The notes below the pieces were generated by a model, which saw only the letters and a program-made list of their open reading frames with translations, was not told the origin of the DNA and did not search any database. Positions 1-16,890 of a stretch of DNA of 64,000 nt are shown here, piece after piece. Origin of the DNA: Camelus dromedarius (lineage: Eukaryota); the NCBI RefSeq assembly GCF_036321535.1, contig NC_087436.1, positions 120,406,001 through 120,470,000 of the forward strand, read 5' to 3'. The translations under genes were made by a program, and so were the position numbers. Each line of letters begins with the position of its first letter. Position 1 is the stretch's first letter.

Positions 1-350
1 TTGGCTTGGAGCTTCCTGGTGGCCAAAGCAAAGAGAGAAACTCAATCTCCTCATGTTCAGTGGCTGTGAAGTAACAGTCTGTGGCTCAGCTTCTCTACCT
101 GGATAAGCGGGGGGAGGTCTCCGAGGACGCCAGCCTGAGGACGGGGAGGAGGCACCTGGGCTGGGGGACATGGGGCATGGCTGGGCCTGAAAGCCGTACA
201 CCTGGGCATGTGCTTGTGTGTGTTCGTGTGCGTAAGTGCAGTGGGGCAGGTGGTGAATTCTGCTCGGGTCCCTGGGGGCTGCTGACTTGTCCAGACTACA
301 TGCAGGTTCAGTCTGCCCCAGATCTGAACTCCTCTCTCACCTCACTCCAG

Positions 351-427
351 GTGGGCTCTTAGGGTCCCCTGGGACCCCATCAGCGACTCCATGGGTGGAC
401 CTGTGACACCGGACAGCCAGCAGATGG
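351..427 (+). CDS. SH3TC1: SH3TC1 internal coding exon (WALRVPWDPISDSMGGPVTPDSQQM)
   Basis: Acceptor ctcactccag|G and donor ATGG|gtaaat. The phase-1 end joins the phase-1 start of the SH3 exon. Resembles the recalled human WALRIPQDPIDDAMGGPV segment. Not present in the ORF track. Confidence 0.85.
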
Positions 428-1213
428 GTAAATGTTTCCATTGGCTCTCCTCCCCTGGGGAAGAGGCGGGTAAGGAGGGGTGGGCACCAGCATTCTGAAA
501 GCTTTCGTGCTCACCCTGAATCCTCCCCGAGGTAGCCAGAAGAGGTAGGTAGAATCCTCTCTGATTTGAGAAGCAAAAACGGAGGATCAGAGAGGTCCAT
601 GGCTAGCCCAAACTCACACAGCACACAGCGAGGCCAGGACTCTGGCCACTGTGCCTCTAGAGTGTGACTCCACACACTGTTCGACAAGCACTTCCTCAGA
701 TTTTGCTGCCTTCCGGGCGCTATGTCAGACACCTTGGAGGACCCTGGGGTAGGGGTAGAGGGGTGCCGGCTAGGCCCCCAGCTGAATTCACCACAGGGCT
801 ATTAAAGGAGCATGGGGCAGGGGTCTTCTTTTGCGGAAGACGGCTCCTGGCCCAGTGCGTGTTGCTGTGCCCCAGGCTGGCCGGTGTCTGTGTGGCCTCG
901 TGTACCTGTTAAATGGACGTCAGGCCCACAGGAGGACACTTACAGCTGTATTTGCTCTGGGTGGGCCCTGGCTTTGGATGCTGATGGCCCTGGGCCAAGT
1001 TCATCAGCGTCTCCAGGCCTCCAGTCCTCATCCTCAGTGTGAGGATAAAGTGTCCCCTTCAAGGGGGTGGGACGTACAGCCCCTCATGTGCGGTGGCCCT
1101 GCAACCCCAGCCAGGTGCCAGATGAGTTCCTCATCAGGACAGTGTGTTCCCCAGCCAGGGGCACCAACTGGCTGGCCAAGGGCCACTCTGCCCGCCCAGC
1201 CCCCCAGCACTGA

Positions 1214-1432
<219 letters not shown>

Positions 1433-1714
1433 TGAGTGGCCAAGGCCCCACCCCTTTCTGAGTCCACCCTTTGCCCCTGTGGGACCCCTGCCCTGAACAC
1501 CTGCTTCCTAGGTGACAGACCTGGGCGGCGTCCTGGACGGCACCCCTGCCCTTCCCCCTCCCCTCCTCGTCGTCCCTCCCACCTCTGTCCCCAGGACTAG
1601 GCCTAGCCCAAGCCCAGGGCCGTCCCGCTGCCCCCAGCTTCCTGTGTGGACCCCTCCCACCCTCCTCCCAGCGCTGCTAGGGCCTGGCCCCTGAAACACA
1701 TAGCTGTCCACGTG

Positions 1715-2045
1715 CATGAGTGCCCCAGGGCTGCGGGGAGAGCACCACAAACAGAGGGCTTGAAACAACAGACTGGAGGCAGACGTCCCAGCCAAGGTGT
1801 GAGCAGGGCTGCCTCCCTGAGAGCCTCCGGGGGAGGGTCCTGCCGCCTCTTCCAGCTCCGGTGGCTCTAGGCGTCCCTGTGGCTGCATCGTCCCAACCTC
1901 CGCCTCCGTCTTCACGTGGCCTCTTCGCTGTGTCTGTGCCCTCTCCTCCACCTCTCCTGTCACTGGATTAAGGGCCCACCAGAGAACCCAGAATCATCTC
2001 CTGATGTCAGGACCCTTTACTTGATTGCATCTAAAAAATCCTACT
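1715..2045 (-). mobile_element. MaLR MLT1-type LTR remnant
   Basis: caccacaaac...ggcttgaaacaacaga...caaggtgtgagcagggct...gtcttcacgtggcctctt...cactggattaagggcccacc, an antisense MLT1 pattern. Confidence 0.65.
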
Positions 2046-3284
2046 TTCAAACATTCAACCCCGTACACCAGGCCACTCCCCTTCATCAAACCTTCAAAGA
2101 TCTGGGCCTGGCCTTCAGGGGCCCCTGCCCAGGCCCTGGTAATGCTCAATTTCATAGGCTCCCACTCCCCGTCACCTCACCCTGAGTCTAGCTCTGGGGG
2201 TCAGCTCGCCCCTTCTAGGATGATGCTGGTTTGACATGTGCGTCCCCCTATGTGAGATGCCCCCTCCGTCCCAACCGTACCGTTGTCCAGGAACTCTCAT
2301 TGGTCCCGTCTCATCGCCAGTAGCTCATCCCTGGGGGCACGCTTCCTGGCTGTCTGGTCACCTCCGTGCCCCCACCACCTGACCCTGAACAGCAACGGGG
2401 GGTCTGGGGAGAGTGGTCAGCAAGCACGACTATGTTCTTGACCTTTTCTTGTTCAGCCTTTAGCCCAGGAGTCAGTGTGTAGAGAAGTCCCTTTGCAGGG
2501 CCAGCACCCAGCCGGGCCTCACCACCCACAAACATGGGGCGCACGTCCTCAGGGCCCCTCCAGCCCTGATAGCCCAACGCTGCAGACAGACCAACAGCCC
2601 CCAGACCAACTCTCAGAGGCCGCTTTAGCATCGCGACATGTCCCACCAGTCACTTTGTTCCCTGACTTGAGTGTCTGTCTGCTCTGCCACCTCTTTGCCC
2701 CTGTTCATGAGAAGCAGTTTGAAGCTGGGCTGGGCTCGGATGCCCTACCTGTGGTTCCCAAAGTGTGCGCTCCCCCGGGGATCCATCCCGAACTTCCTCA
2801 GTGGGGATGTGCCCCCTACGCGCCCTGGTTGGCGGTCCACAGGGATTCCCAGCACAAGGAAGGCACCCAGAGTCTGAGTTTTCTTTCTCCTGCTGAAATG
2901 TGTTTCCCGCCCTATTGGACCTCCAGACTCCTTTTTGCACACAGCCCCATCGCCTGGTATTCTGTGCAGCCCTCTGGGGGCCCCTGGGCTAGATGCCTTC
3001 CAGCATCTCTGAGGAGCCCACAACTTCTCCACAGACAGGGGTCCTTGAGAATTAAACATGCCCTGAGCTTGTCAAGGGTCTGAGCTGCTATTGCTGTGGG
3101 GAGGAGCCAGCCTGCTGCCCTCCCTTCTCCCAGAATGGCAATGGGGCCTGGTCCCATTGGTCCTGTTTACAGCTGGAGAAGCCCTACAACTCCTTTCCTT
3201 CACTCTACAGACATTTACTGAGTGTCTTTCCTATTCCAGATCTGGACTTACATCCTTTGTTTTGTGGTTATTCTTCATTTCTTT

Positions 3285-3860
3285 TAACTTTATTTTGACA
3301 TAATTTCAGACTTAGACAAAAGTTGCAAGGAGAGCATAAAATTCCTGCATATCCTTCACCCAGATTGCCCAGATGTTAATGTTATGACATTTACTTTCTC
3401 GTCTTTTTTTTTTTTCCTTCAATTTTTTTGCCTAAATTCTTTGGGAGTTATTTGCAAGCATGATGTCCCTTTACTCCTAAAGAATGCACTGTGTGTTTTC
3501 TAAAACCAGGACATGGCTTACATAGCCACACACACCTGTCAGAATCAGGAAGTTAACATTATTACAATACTGTCATCTGCAGGCCCTATTCAGATTTTGC
3601 CGCTTTTCCCAGTAATTCTACAGCTAAAAAAAATTCTAGACTATGTGTTACCAGTTCTCCATCTCTTCAGTCTTGTCTCCTCAATCTGAAACAGTCCCTC
3701 GGTGTCTCTGTCCTTTAGGACACTGACATTTGTAAGGAATAGAAGCCTGCTGTTTTGTCGAATATCCCACAATCTGCCCTGAGGTTTTCTTGAACTTCTC
3801 AAAATAGCTTCCTCTAAGTACATCCAAAGTACATTTGAAAGTTTTGCATTTTGCTGGTGA
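3285..3860 (-). mobile_element. Old LINE-1 3' UTR fragment (L1MC-like)
   Basis: taatttcagacttagacaaaagttgcaag...atatccttcacccagatt resembles the reverse complement of L1MC 3' ends; AT-rich island in GC-rich DNA. Confidence 0.6.
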
Positions 3861-4307
3861 CTTAGTCCTATAAGCAGAAATTGCTCCCCCCTTCCTCCCT
3901 CTGTTCCTTCCTGTTTTTCCCCGCCCTGACTTCTCAGAGCACACAAGTGCCCTGTGTCCATGCTGGGCACTGGGGAAAGCACTGGCAGAAGTCGTGTGAG
4001 GCGCTGTGGGCGCTTTCAGTGTGGAGGGATCAGGTCTGCCTGTAACTGTCAGGGCCAGCCTTGCAGGGGAAAGGGCATTTGAGGTGGGGTTTTGAAGGCT
4101 GTCCAGGAGCTTACCTCCCCAGGATGCTGTGACCTGCTGCATCTATCACAGCCTTCCCTGCTCCTGGGTGTCTGCCTCCAGCAAGACAAAGCACCCTTGG
4201 GAACAGGATCTATTTTGTTTTTATCCTGGTGTTTCTACCGCTAGGCACAGGGCAGGTGTGCAGGGACTGTCTGTCAAGTTAGGGAGTAGAAAAGGGTCTT
4301 AGTGTGA

Positions 4308-4598
<291 letters not shown>

Positions 4599-5429
4599 TA
4601 GGACAGTTCTCTTGGGGCAGATTCCTGGAAAGACATGGAGGGTGCAGAGCTAAGCCTCTTTCCCATAAGGCTGAGCTAACTGGTACCCCATCCACCCTGT
4701 GCCATCGACCGTGGGCTCCGGGAGTTTGGACCGTCCACTCAGCAGGGTGTTGGATGGTTCTGGCCTCATGCACTGTTCACAGCAGCACCCCTCGGCCCCC
4801 ACCCCGCTTCCCTTTGGGAATGCTCTGTTCCCTCCGCTATTCCATGGTCATGAACACCAGCCCCGGCACTTAAAGGGGATTCTACAAGTGCTGTCGCTGC
4901 CTTTGGGGCAGGTAGGGCCACACCAGGCCGGGCAGGCCAGACACAGAGGGAGGAGCGGGGCCAGGGCCAGGGAGGCGCAGGAGAGTGGCCCCAAGCCCCC
5001 CATCCGCCCGAGGCCTCTCTCACTCCGGGCACTGGGGCGGCGGCGAGCGTGCCGGCAGGTTCTGTTCCGGCCAGCACTGCTCCGGCCCTCTGCCCACTCC
5101 GTGTAAGGGGGACCTCCCTCCCCACCACCGGATCAGGACTCCGGGCTCTCGAGGCGGTGGCCTGGCCTGGGTTGCCTGGCCTCTGGTGGGCCGGGGCTAC
5201 ACCTCAGGGTGGCCATCTCCTGAACACAACGCTGTTCTGTTGACCTCAAGGCCCTCAGTTTAGGAAAGGATTTCTCTGAGGGCTGCAGTGCAAATCATAG
5301 GTGAAGTAAGTGTGCCAACAGCCACAATGAAAGGAAATGTGGCAGCGGGGACAGTGCTGGAGCGACTTGCCAGTCCCCCCTACAGGGATGTGGCTGTACA
5401 GCTCATTCCTTTCTCCTGCCAGACGGAGG

Positions 5430-5670
5430 TGCGTGCACGTGTGTGCACACCCACACAGACACAGATATGCACACACATGTACGTGCACACACACCACACG
5501 CTCACAGACACATGCGCAAACACACTCACACGAATGCAGAGAGACACACACACACGAGTGTACACACACAGGGGCACACATGAAAACATACACCCACATC
5601 CACCTACACATCCACGCACGCGCGTGCACGTGCGTACACGTACACACACACACACGCGTCCACACACATC
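5430..5670. repeat. Degenerate (CA)n / alternating purine-pyrimidine tract
   Basis: About 240 bp of cacacac/gtgcacgt/cgcgcg runs in an SH3TC1 intron. Confidence 0.85.
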
Positions 5671-6368
5671 CTTTCTGCCGCTGGCTGACACGCATTCCCA
5701 CCAATGTGAGATTTACTTTCTAGATCCCTCCAGTCGGCTCCTCCTCCTCAACAGGCAAACTTACATTTGACCGTAGCCGGTCAGGTTCAAGCCTGCCTGG
5801 CTTACGCCTTCCTTTTCTTCAGGAAGCCGCTTGGGGACCTTGCTCGGGGTGTTGTGGGGTCCTCTGGGCAGGACTATGTGGTCGACAGCACATGGCGCTT
5901 CACGTGTCTTTTTACAGCTCTTCTTCCCTCGCTGGGTTTCTCTGGCAACCCCGTGGGCTGTCAGTGTCAGCCCGCTTTAAGAGGGTGGGAACTGAGGCGT
6001 GGGGACGGGCAGGCAGTCGGACGTGGAGGGGCTCAACCCCAGAGGGGCCGCCCTGCCCCTGGGAGAGCCCACGGAACCCGGAGCAGCCCTCGGGGGGCGT
6101 GTGGCTCCTGTTCCCAGAGGGCAGCGGTGGAAGGCGGCAGCCTCTTGAGGGCGGATGGAGTCCTGCGGGGGTGGGGGCGAGGGGGGAGGAGATGGGGCAG
6201 GAGCACATTCTGGAAGACGAGGCTTCTCGGCCGGCCCCCCTTGCTGCCGCCCCAGCCTGCTTCCCCTCAGGGGCGCTGGTGTCGGGGTGTCAGTATCCTG
6301 GCCCTCACTGACGTCCCTGGTCCAGGGGGGCTGGCCCCAGGGTGACGCTCCCTTCTCTCCCTTTTCAG

Positions 6369-6410
6369 ACATGTTAGAAGAGGCTGAGCCTCAGCAGCAG
6401 AAAATACATG
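6369..6410 (+). CDS. SH3TC1: SH3TC1 42-nt coding exon (DMLEEAEPQQQKIH)
   Basis: Polypyrimidine tract ccttctctcccttttcag| and donor CATG|gtaggt. Phase 1-1. Resembles the recalled human DSVEEAETEQPQEK segment. Confidence 0.82.
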
Positions 6411-7839
6411 GTAGGTTCTTCCCACACGGCCCGGGGTCCCTCTGGTCACGGGGGTGGTCTCGGGGTGACAGGGGGCAGAGATGGCAGAGCTAGGCTTGAG
6501 TGGGCACTGGCTGCAGACCTCCATCCTCCTGGGGGGAGGGCTGGTGGGCAGGGAGTCCAGCCCGGGAGTGGAGGTTGGATGAGGTGGAGGTGAACCATCC
6601 CTCCACTGCTGCAGTGGGTCCCCAGCAAACATGCCAGCCCCCGGCCCTGTCCCCAGCAAAGGTGGGGCACTCCCTCCATTGCCCGAGCTCATGCCCGGCT
6701 CAGGGTTCCTTTCATGCAACTTAGAGCAGCTGAAATTTGCCCCATGAGCTGCTTGGATGGGTGCAGGGGTGTAGGGGGCGCTGATTTGGAGACTGATGTT
6801 GGGGAAGTCCCGCGAGGGTCTGCTCCTTCCCCTGGGGGGCTGGTTCAGGGAGACCCCCTCTCTCTCCCTCCACACCTCCATCTCCCCCACAACAGAGGGG
6901 CTGCATTGGGAGGCCTGGGGACACAAGTGCCCGGGGACCCTTTGAGCTTCCCGGGGAATGGAAACTGTCCAAGCACAAACACAGATGGGTCACTGTGGGA
7001 CGCGGGCGGGCGAGGAGGCTTGGAAGCCAGTCCCCCGGGGCCCTCCCTCCAAGAAGCTGCAGACTTGCCTTCAGGGGAGGCTCTCCCGCCTGCCCAGGTC
7101 CCTGGCAGCAAAGGCTCTTCCAGCTGTGGGAGGCAGGGTGACCAGGACAGCACTGGGAGCACACGTCGGGAGCCCACTGGCCTCCGCCGGGAGCAGGCGC
7201 TTCTTAGCGAATCCAGCACTTGGTCAAGTCCGACGCTTACTGCTCAACCACATTTAATGTTTTAAATTCCTAGCTTTTACAGAAGAATAAAGAGACAGTC
7301 TTGAGCATAATTTTTTAAAAGTGAACTTGAGACAGAACTTTCTAGGTCCTGGTTCCTTCCTTCCTTCCAAATTCCCCTTCAAATCCCGTGTTTTTCCAGC
7401 AGGAAGTGTAGCTTGTTTGCTCCTCAAGGCTGGATGTGCCTTGGGGCCCTGAGTCCATCCAAAGCCAACAGTCCCTCAGCAGGCAGCGTGGGCAGCTCCA
7501 TGGCCCCAGGCCCTCCAGCACTCTCTTTTTTTAACCCTTTAGGAACCGTAGGCCTCAGATTCCCAAATCAGCCAAGAGGAAGGGGGTGCCCAGGGGTCTG
7601 GGAGCTGTGTCCAGTGTTTCCTGTTGGAACAGCCCCTGGGGCTAGAGCCAGGCAGATGGACACAGCCACCACTGTCCTCCGCCGTGGTTGGTTTATTGGT
7701 TCTGTGGGAGATTCAGGGCAGCCCTGGGGGCACGTAGTATCTGTAAATCCCAATGACAGGGACATGGCGGCTGGGGGAGGAACGCCCTTGCCCAACCTGG
7801 ACCCAGAACAGACTCTAACCCATCTGGGGGTTTCGGTAA

Positions 7840-9606
<1,767 letters not shown>

Positions 9607-10639
9607 TGAGTAGTGGAAACCAGCAGATGCTGGCAAGTGCTTTGAGGGTGTCCCATGCTGGGCCAGATATCAGCAGGGCAGCCAGCTTGTCCAAGTTTGC
9701 CTGGGACTGCCCTGCTTTGTGCGCTGAGAGCCCGGAGAGTGGGCATCCCAGCAGTGTAGGGCGAAAGGGGCTTGCCCCCGGCCAGGCAGGTGCGGCCGGT
9801 CAGAGGAGCTGCGTGAGTCTTGGTCGCTGGATGCTCTAGTTGGTGCTCTCTCCTTGGCATCGCCCAATAGCCCTGCACACCAGATACCTCCCCCTGCACA
9901 GGGGGTGCAGGGAAGTTTCTTCGTCCAGCAGCAGCTTGTGTGAGTATGCCAGGCTCTGTGCATGGCTCCACCTGCTAACAAGACCCACGTGAGCCTCGCA
10001 AGGGGCTGGTGGCCAAACGTTGGAAACAGGTGCCTGGGATCACAAGAGCCACAAAAGCAGATACTCAGCTGGATGGTGGGTGGCTCCAGTCTGTTTAGTC
10101 TGGGACCTAAGAGACAAGGAGAGTTTAGGCAAGCACGGGATGGGGGGCTGGCAGAAGGAGCAGCCTGTACAAAGGCCCTGAGGACTGTGAGCTGGGCCAC
10201 GCAGGGAGGTGCATAATTTGGAATGGTTGGGGCAGGCGGTGGGCAGTGAGAACCTCAGGCTGGGGGCTAGGCAGGGGTGTAGGAACCCAGGATGTTCCTA
10301 CCTGAGAGCACTGGGGAGCCACTGAGGGATGTAGGACACTCACTGGGCTGGAAGGGGACCCTCTGGACCTCCAGGAGGAACCAAGTTCTGGGCCCTCCAA
10401 CCAGCTCTGTGGCCTTGGACAGGTCCTGGCGGTGCTCACCAATGGCACGTAGTCCCTGGAGGACCTCTCAGAAACTCCCCGTGAGCCCCTCTCCCACCAG
10501 GGAACTAGAGGATTCAGACTTGGGAAAGCCAAGCTGGGGGGCCCAGGGGGGCGTGTTTTTCCCCTCCTCCATATGAACAGTGAGGAGACTAAGGGCTGGG
10601 GCGACGCCCTGGGGTCACCCGGTGCTGGCCCTGGCTCGT

Positions 10640-11440
10640 TTCTCCGTCCATGTCGGCAGTTTGTGTCCTTCTAGGGTTCGTCCCTTCCATCCAGGTGTCT
10701 GATTTGTCGGTGCACAGTTGTTCATAGAATCCCCTTTGTTTCTGTGAGATCAGTGCTAGTGGCCCCTCTTTCACTCCTGATTCTAGCCATTTCCACCTTC
10801 TTCCTTTTTCTCCTGGTCAGTCTGCTAACAGTTTGTCAACGTTGTCAACCTTTTCAAGAACCATCATTTGGTTTCACTGATTTTCTCTGTTGTTTTTCTG
10901 TTCTCTAGTTTATTCATCATTTCCACTTGAACTTTTATTTTTCCTTCCTTTGGCCAGCTTGGGTCTAGTTAACTTTCCTTTTTCCAGTTTCTTAAGGGAG
11001 AAGTTTAGGGTTTTGATTTGATATCTTAATTCTTTTTTTAACGAAGGTGTTTACAGCAACAAAGCCCCTCTAAGCACTGCTCTCTCCGCATCCCCTAGGC
11101 TGTGCTAAAATGCTCACTCATTCCCAAATATCTCCTCGTTGCTGGTGTGATTTCTTCTTTGACCCACTGGTTATTAAGAAACATGCTGTTCATTTCTACA
11201 AACTTACGAATTCCCCGAACTTCCTTCTGTTACTGCTGTCTGAATTCGTACCACCGTAGCTGGAGAAGGTGCTTTGTATGATTTCAATCTTATTATGTGT
11301 AAGGAGAGTTGTTCTGTGGTCCAGCCGCTGGTCTGTCCTGGAGGATGTTCCACGGGCGTGTGGGGCTTTGTGTTTTGCTCTTGTTGGGGGCATGTCCTGG
11401 AGTCTCTTAGATCTGGCTGGTTCAAGGCGCTCAAGTCTCT
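10640..11440 (-). mobile_element. Old LINE-1 ORF2 (endonuclease/linker) fragment, antisense in an SH3TC1 intron
   Basis: - strand translations SSRTDQRLDHRTTLLTHNKIEIIQSTFS (like L1 FSRIDHILGHK..KIEII) and YEQLCTDKSD (like YEQLYANKLD). The + strand is T-rich. Confidence 0.8.
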
Positions 11441-11929
11441 AACCTTGTTCCTCTCTGGGTCATTTTTAATAAAGGAAGCTCCCAGTCATCCCAGCCCTCT
11501 GGTTTTAGGAGATGCTAGTGAGACGCTGGTTTTGGAGCCTGGCGTCATGAAGGAGCATTGGCTTTGGAATGCCGGAGCCGGATTTGAATTTTGTCTCCAC
11601 GGCATGCCGTGTGCTCTAGACTTGGTACTCAGCTTTGAACTCTGCCGGTCTGTCTGCAACATGGGGTCATCAGCTCTGAGTGAGGGCAGCCCCTGTTTGG
11701 CTGGGAGGAGCTTTGTGATGCAGAAACAGCGTCCTAATGCGTTGGGAGAGCCCGGCCTAGGGGTTATAAAAGTGGTCACTGCTGTCTCTCACGCACCCAG
11801 GACGTGCCCTGCCTGGCCCCAACAAGGAATGCTCGCCAGCTGTGTGACCTTGAGTGGGACACTCAGCCTGTCCCCGTGTGCAATGGCCCCAGCTCCCAGA
11901 GGCCTCTGACCCAGCAGACGTTGCTGTGA

Positions 11930-12148
<219 letters not shown>

Positions 12149-12719
12149 TGAGGGCCAGCCCTCGGGGGCGGGGCAGGGTGGGGCTGGGGGGAGGCTGGAC
12201 CACCGTCCCAGGACAGCCCCTCCTCAGGGGCCACTTCACTCCTTAGTGTCAGACGGGCTCTGGGCCAGCAGGCCTTGTCTTGTCCCCCAGGGAGGCAGAG
12301 TGTGTGTTTCTGGGCCATTCTTCCTGCCATGGTGGCTTCTGTAAGCTGACCCGCTGGCCCAGCTGTGGGCGGGGTAGTCTGGTCCTCATCTGTCCCCTTA
12401 AAGGACAGCAGCCACAAGTGCCTGGAGGATTCTCGTCCACAGGAGGACTGCGGCTGTCCCACCTGCTTCCCGGGGCAGAGTTTCAGGGCTGCCTGTCCTG
12501 TGTGAAGCCCACCCAGAACATCCTGACTGGGGCTGGCTACAAATGGTGGGGCCACACTGCCTGCAGGGAGGGCCAGCAGAGTCTCTGATGACACCCCGTC
12601 CTGTGTGGGGGCTCCCTGGGAGCAGGGAAGGAGCCAGGTTTCCCAGGACTTGGGAGACGGCCTCCAGCATCATCCTCGGACCTCGGATTCATGGCAGGAC
12701 CAATGGGCCAGTGCCCTAG

Positions 12720-12930
12720 ATCGATGCTTCTCAAAGTGGGGGCCCCAGATCATCAGTGCCCACACCATCTGGCACTAGGTGGAAATGCACCCTCCCAGGC
12801 CTCACTCCAGACCTCCGGAGCTGACAACTCCGGAACAGGGCCCTGCAATCTGTGTTTGATTGGCTTCCCCTCTTCCCCTCTGCCGAGGGGTGGCTCTGAT
12901 GCTCACTCACTCAGCATGAAAACCACCGGC
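12720..12930. mobile_element. MER5A-like hAT-Charlie DNA transposon remnant
   Basis: ttctcaaagtggg...ggaaatgca...ccagacct...gggccctgcaatctgtgttt...tctgatgc...tgaaaaccacc. Confidence 0.6.
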
Positions 12931-13229
12931 CTGGACAACCTCTAAATTTCTGCCCAGGGGCCACAATCCCTGCTGCGTCTGGAGGCGATGTGGGCCCATG
13001 TTTGGGAAGGCAAGACAGAGATGGTGGTGGGCCCTGGGGCTGCCTGTTTCCCTCCCAAGGGTCTCCATCTTTGCTATGAGCCTGCTGTGTCCATCCTGGC
13101 TCTCCCATTGGCCTGGGAAGGGCAGGCTCTGTTCCTGCTCCCGACATCCTAGGTCCATCATCACCAGACAGGCCCTGGGGAGAGCCGGGCCCACCCGCTG
13201 TGGTGGCTAGCCCGGGAGCACCGTTCTGA

Positions 13230-13532
<303 letters not shown>

Positions 13533-14516
13533 TGAGCTCTGGGGGCAGAGGCGGGGGCCCCCACGGTGCCCACTAGCGTGTTGGTATACAGCAAGTGCTC
13601 GATAAATGTGCCAAGGCTGGCCTACCAGCTGACACACAGAATTTGCTTCAGTTACACCCAGCGTTTCTCCCTAAAAAATGCATTTCTCAGAAAAGCTCTG
13701 TTTTTAGACGCTTTCTCGAATGTGACATGATTGGCAGCAAATTGAGAGGCCCAAGACCCCTGTGGGTTTATTCCTTTTTGAGCACCTGCTGTGTAAGCCC
13801 CTGGGCCAGGGGCTGAGGCTCCAGATCAGGAGCTTATGGCCGAGACAGGGGCAGATTCCTCAATGAACAATGCCACCTGGGGCCAGGGCTGCAGGGCGTA
13901 AAGCAGCCAGGAGGGTGAGCTCGGTCAGCCTAGGTGGTCACGGAGGCTGTTAGAGCTGCAGGGCACGGGGGGGCGCAGTGCCCACCCGGGGAGGGGGCGT
14001 TTCCACACCGGGACTCACAGGCACAAAGTCCCAGAGGTGCACGGAGTGTGGCAAGTCCTGGGGCTGGGCATGGCTGGACTGCGGGCCGGGGCGGTCACTC
14101 ACTGACACATCCTGTGCAGCCCTGGGCGCAGCAGAGGGGCGACAGCCTCTGTCCTCTGGTGGGAGAGACAAGGGGACATGCGGTCAGGTGTTACCAAGGG
14201 CCCGGGAGGGAAAGTGGGGGGACCCACGGCCCCTGGATGAGGAGCACCCCGTGAAACTGGTCAGAGAGTGCCGTTGTCCGGGCATGGCCACAGGGTTCAG
14301 AGGCCGGCTCTGCGCTCCGTCCCAGGCGGCCGCCAGTCCACACCTGCTGGTTCCTGGGGCCTTAGCTGGACAGGCCTCCTCATGCGACACGGGGCTTAGA
14401 TTACCATCCTGACCCCAGTGGGTGACAAGGGCCCCGAGTGCATAGGGACTGAGGTGTGCGAGAGAAAAGAGCCCTCATGGCTCTTTGGTGCAATCAGGGC
14501 ACATGGGGCCATTTGA

Positions 14517-15005
<489 letters not shown>

Positions 15006-15460
15006 TGAGGAAACAGGCTCAGAGAGGCACAGGGGCGTGTCCAAGGACACAGCACATGGGGACTGGACCACGGCCCAGGTCTGCGTGTGCCTCCCAGGGA
15101 GGGTGGCTTCTCCGCCCTCTGTCTGCCCAGCTCAGGGCTTGTGGCTCAGCCCCAGGGTGCAGATAAATGTGGTGTTTTCAGAGCCCAAGGGGTTGTTGGA
15201 CTGTTGGGCCCTCCTGGTCGGGCCCTTCTCACCCCGGGGGTCAGGCTGATGTGAGATACGTGGTGTAGCTAGCAGGTAAGTCTCACACCCCAACCTGCTC
15301 AGGGCCCAGGGGCCCTGGGGCGTCCGACACCCTGAGCTGACCTTTCTCTTGGGTGGTGGTGGGCAGAGCCGTTTAGTGCCCCAGTGGGATGGTGGGGGCG
15401 GGACTGGGGGCTCTGAGCTGGGTACAGGGCCTGGGCTGGCTGCTCCGATAGGAGGCCTGA

Positions 15461-15856
<396 letters not shown>

Positions 15857-16287
15857 TGAGGCCGGCCAAGGCGCCCTGCACTCCGGACAGTCCTGAAAGT
15901 GCCAGGCAGCTATCTGCATGCTGTCCCCACCCGTTGCCCCTTCCCCACTCTCAGCCCATCCTCTGGCTGGCCGAGCCCCAGCCCCTCCATGCCAGCATCC
16001 CTCTCCCTAATGTGCTGTTCCAGGCCGTCCTGTCTTCCTTGAGACAGGGAACCCAAGAGGCCAGGCACATGGCAGGTGCCCAGCAGGTGCCTGCAGGCCC
16101 CACAGTGCGCGCCGTGGGAGGGGGCAGATCCCAGGGCCGCTTGGTCTGGGGACACCCTCAGGATGGGGCTGAGGGGGCTGCTGACGATAGAGCAGGAAAG
16201 ACAAAGTTCATGTCTGCAGGTTGCCGGGGCCCTGGGCCTGAGGTGCACAGACTGCGGGACTTTGGGGTTCTCTGGTCCAAACAGTAA

Positions 16288-16890
<603 letters not shown>

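Noticed and set aside
5255..5770. His/Thr- and Cys/Val-rich ORFs (also at 30451-31105)
   Set aside because: These are translations of degenerate (CA)n/(TG)n repeats.
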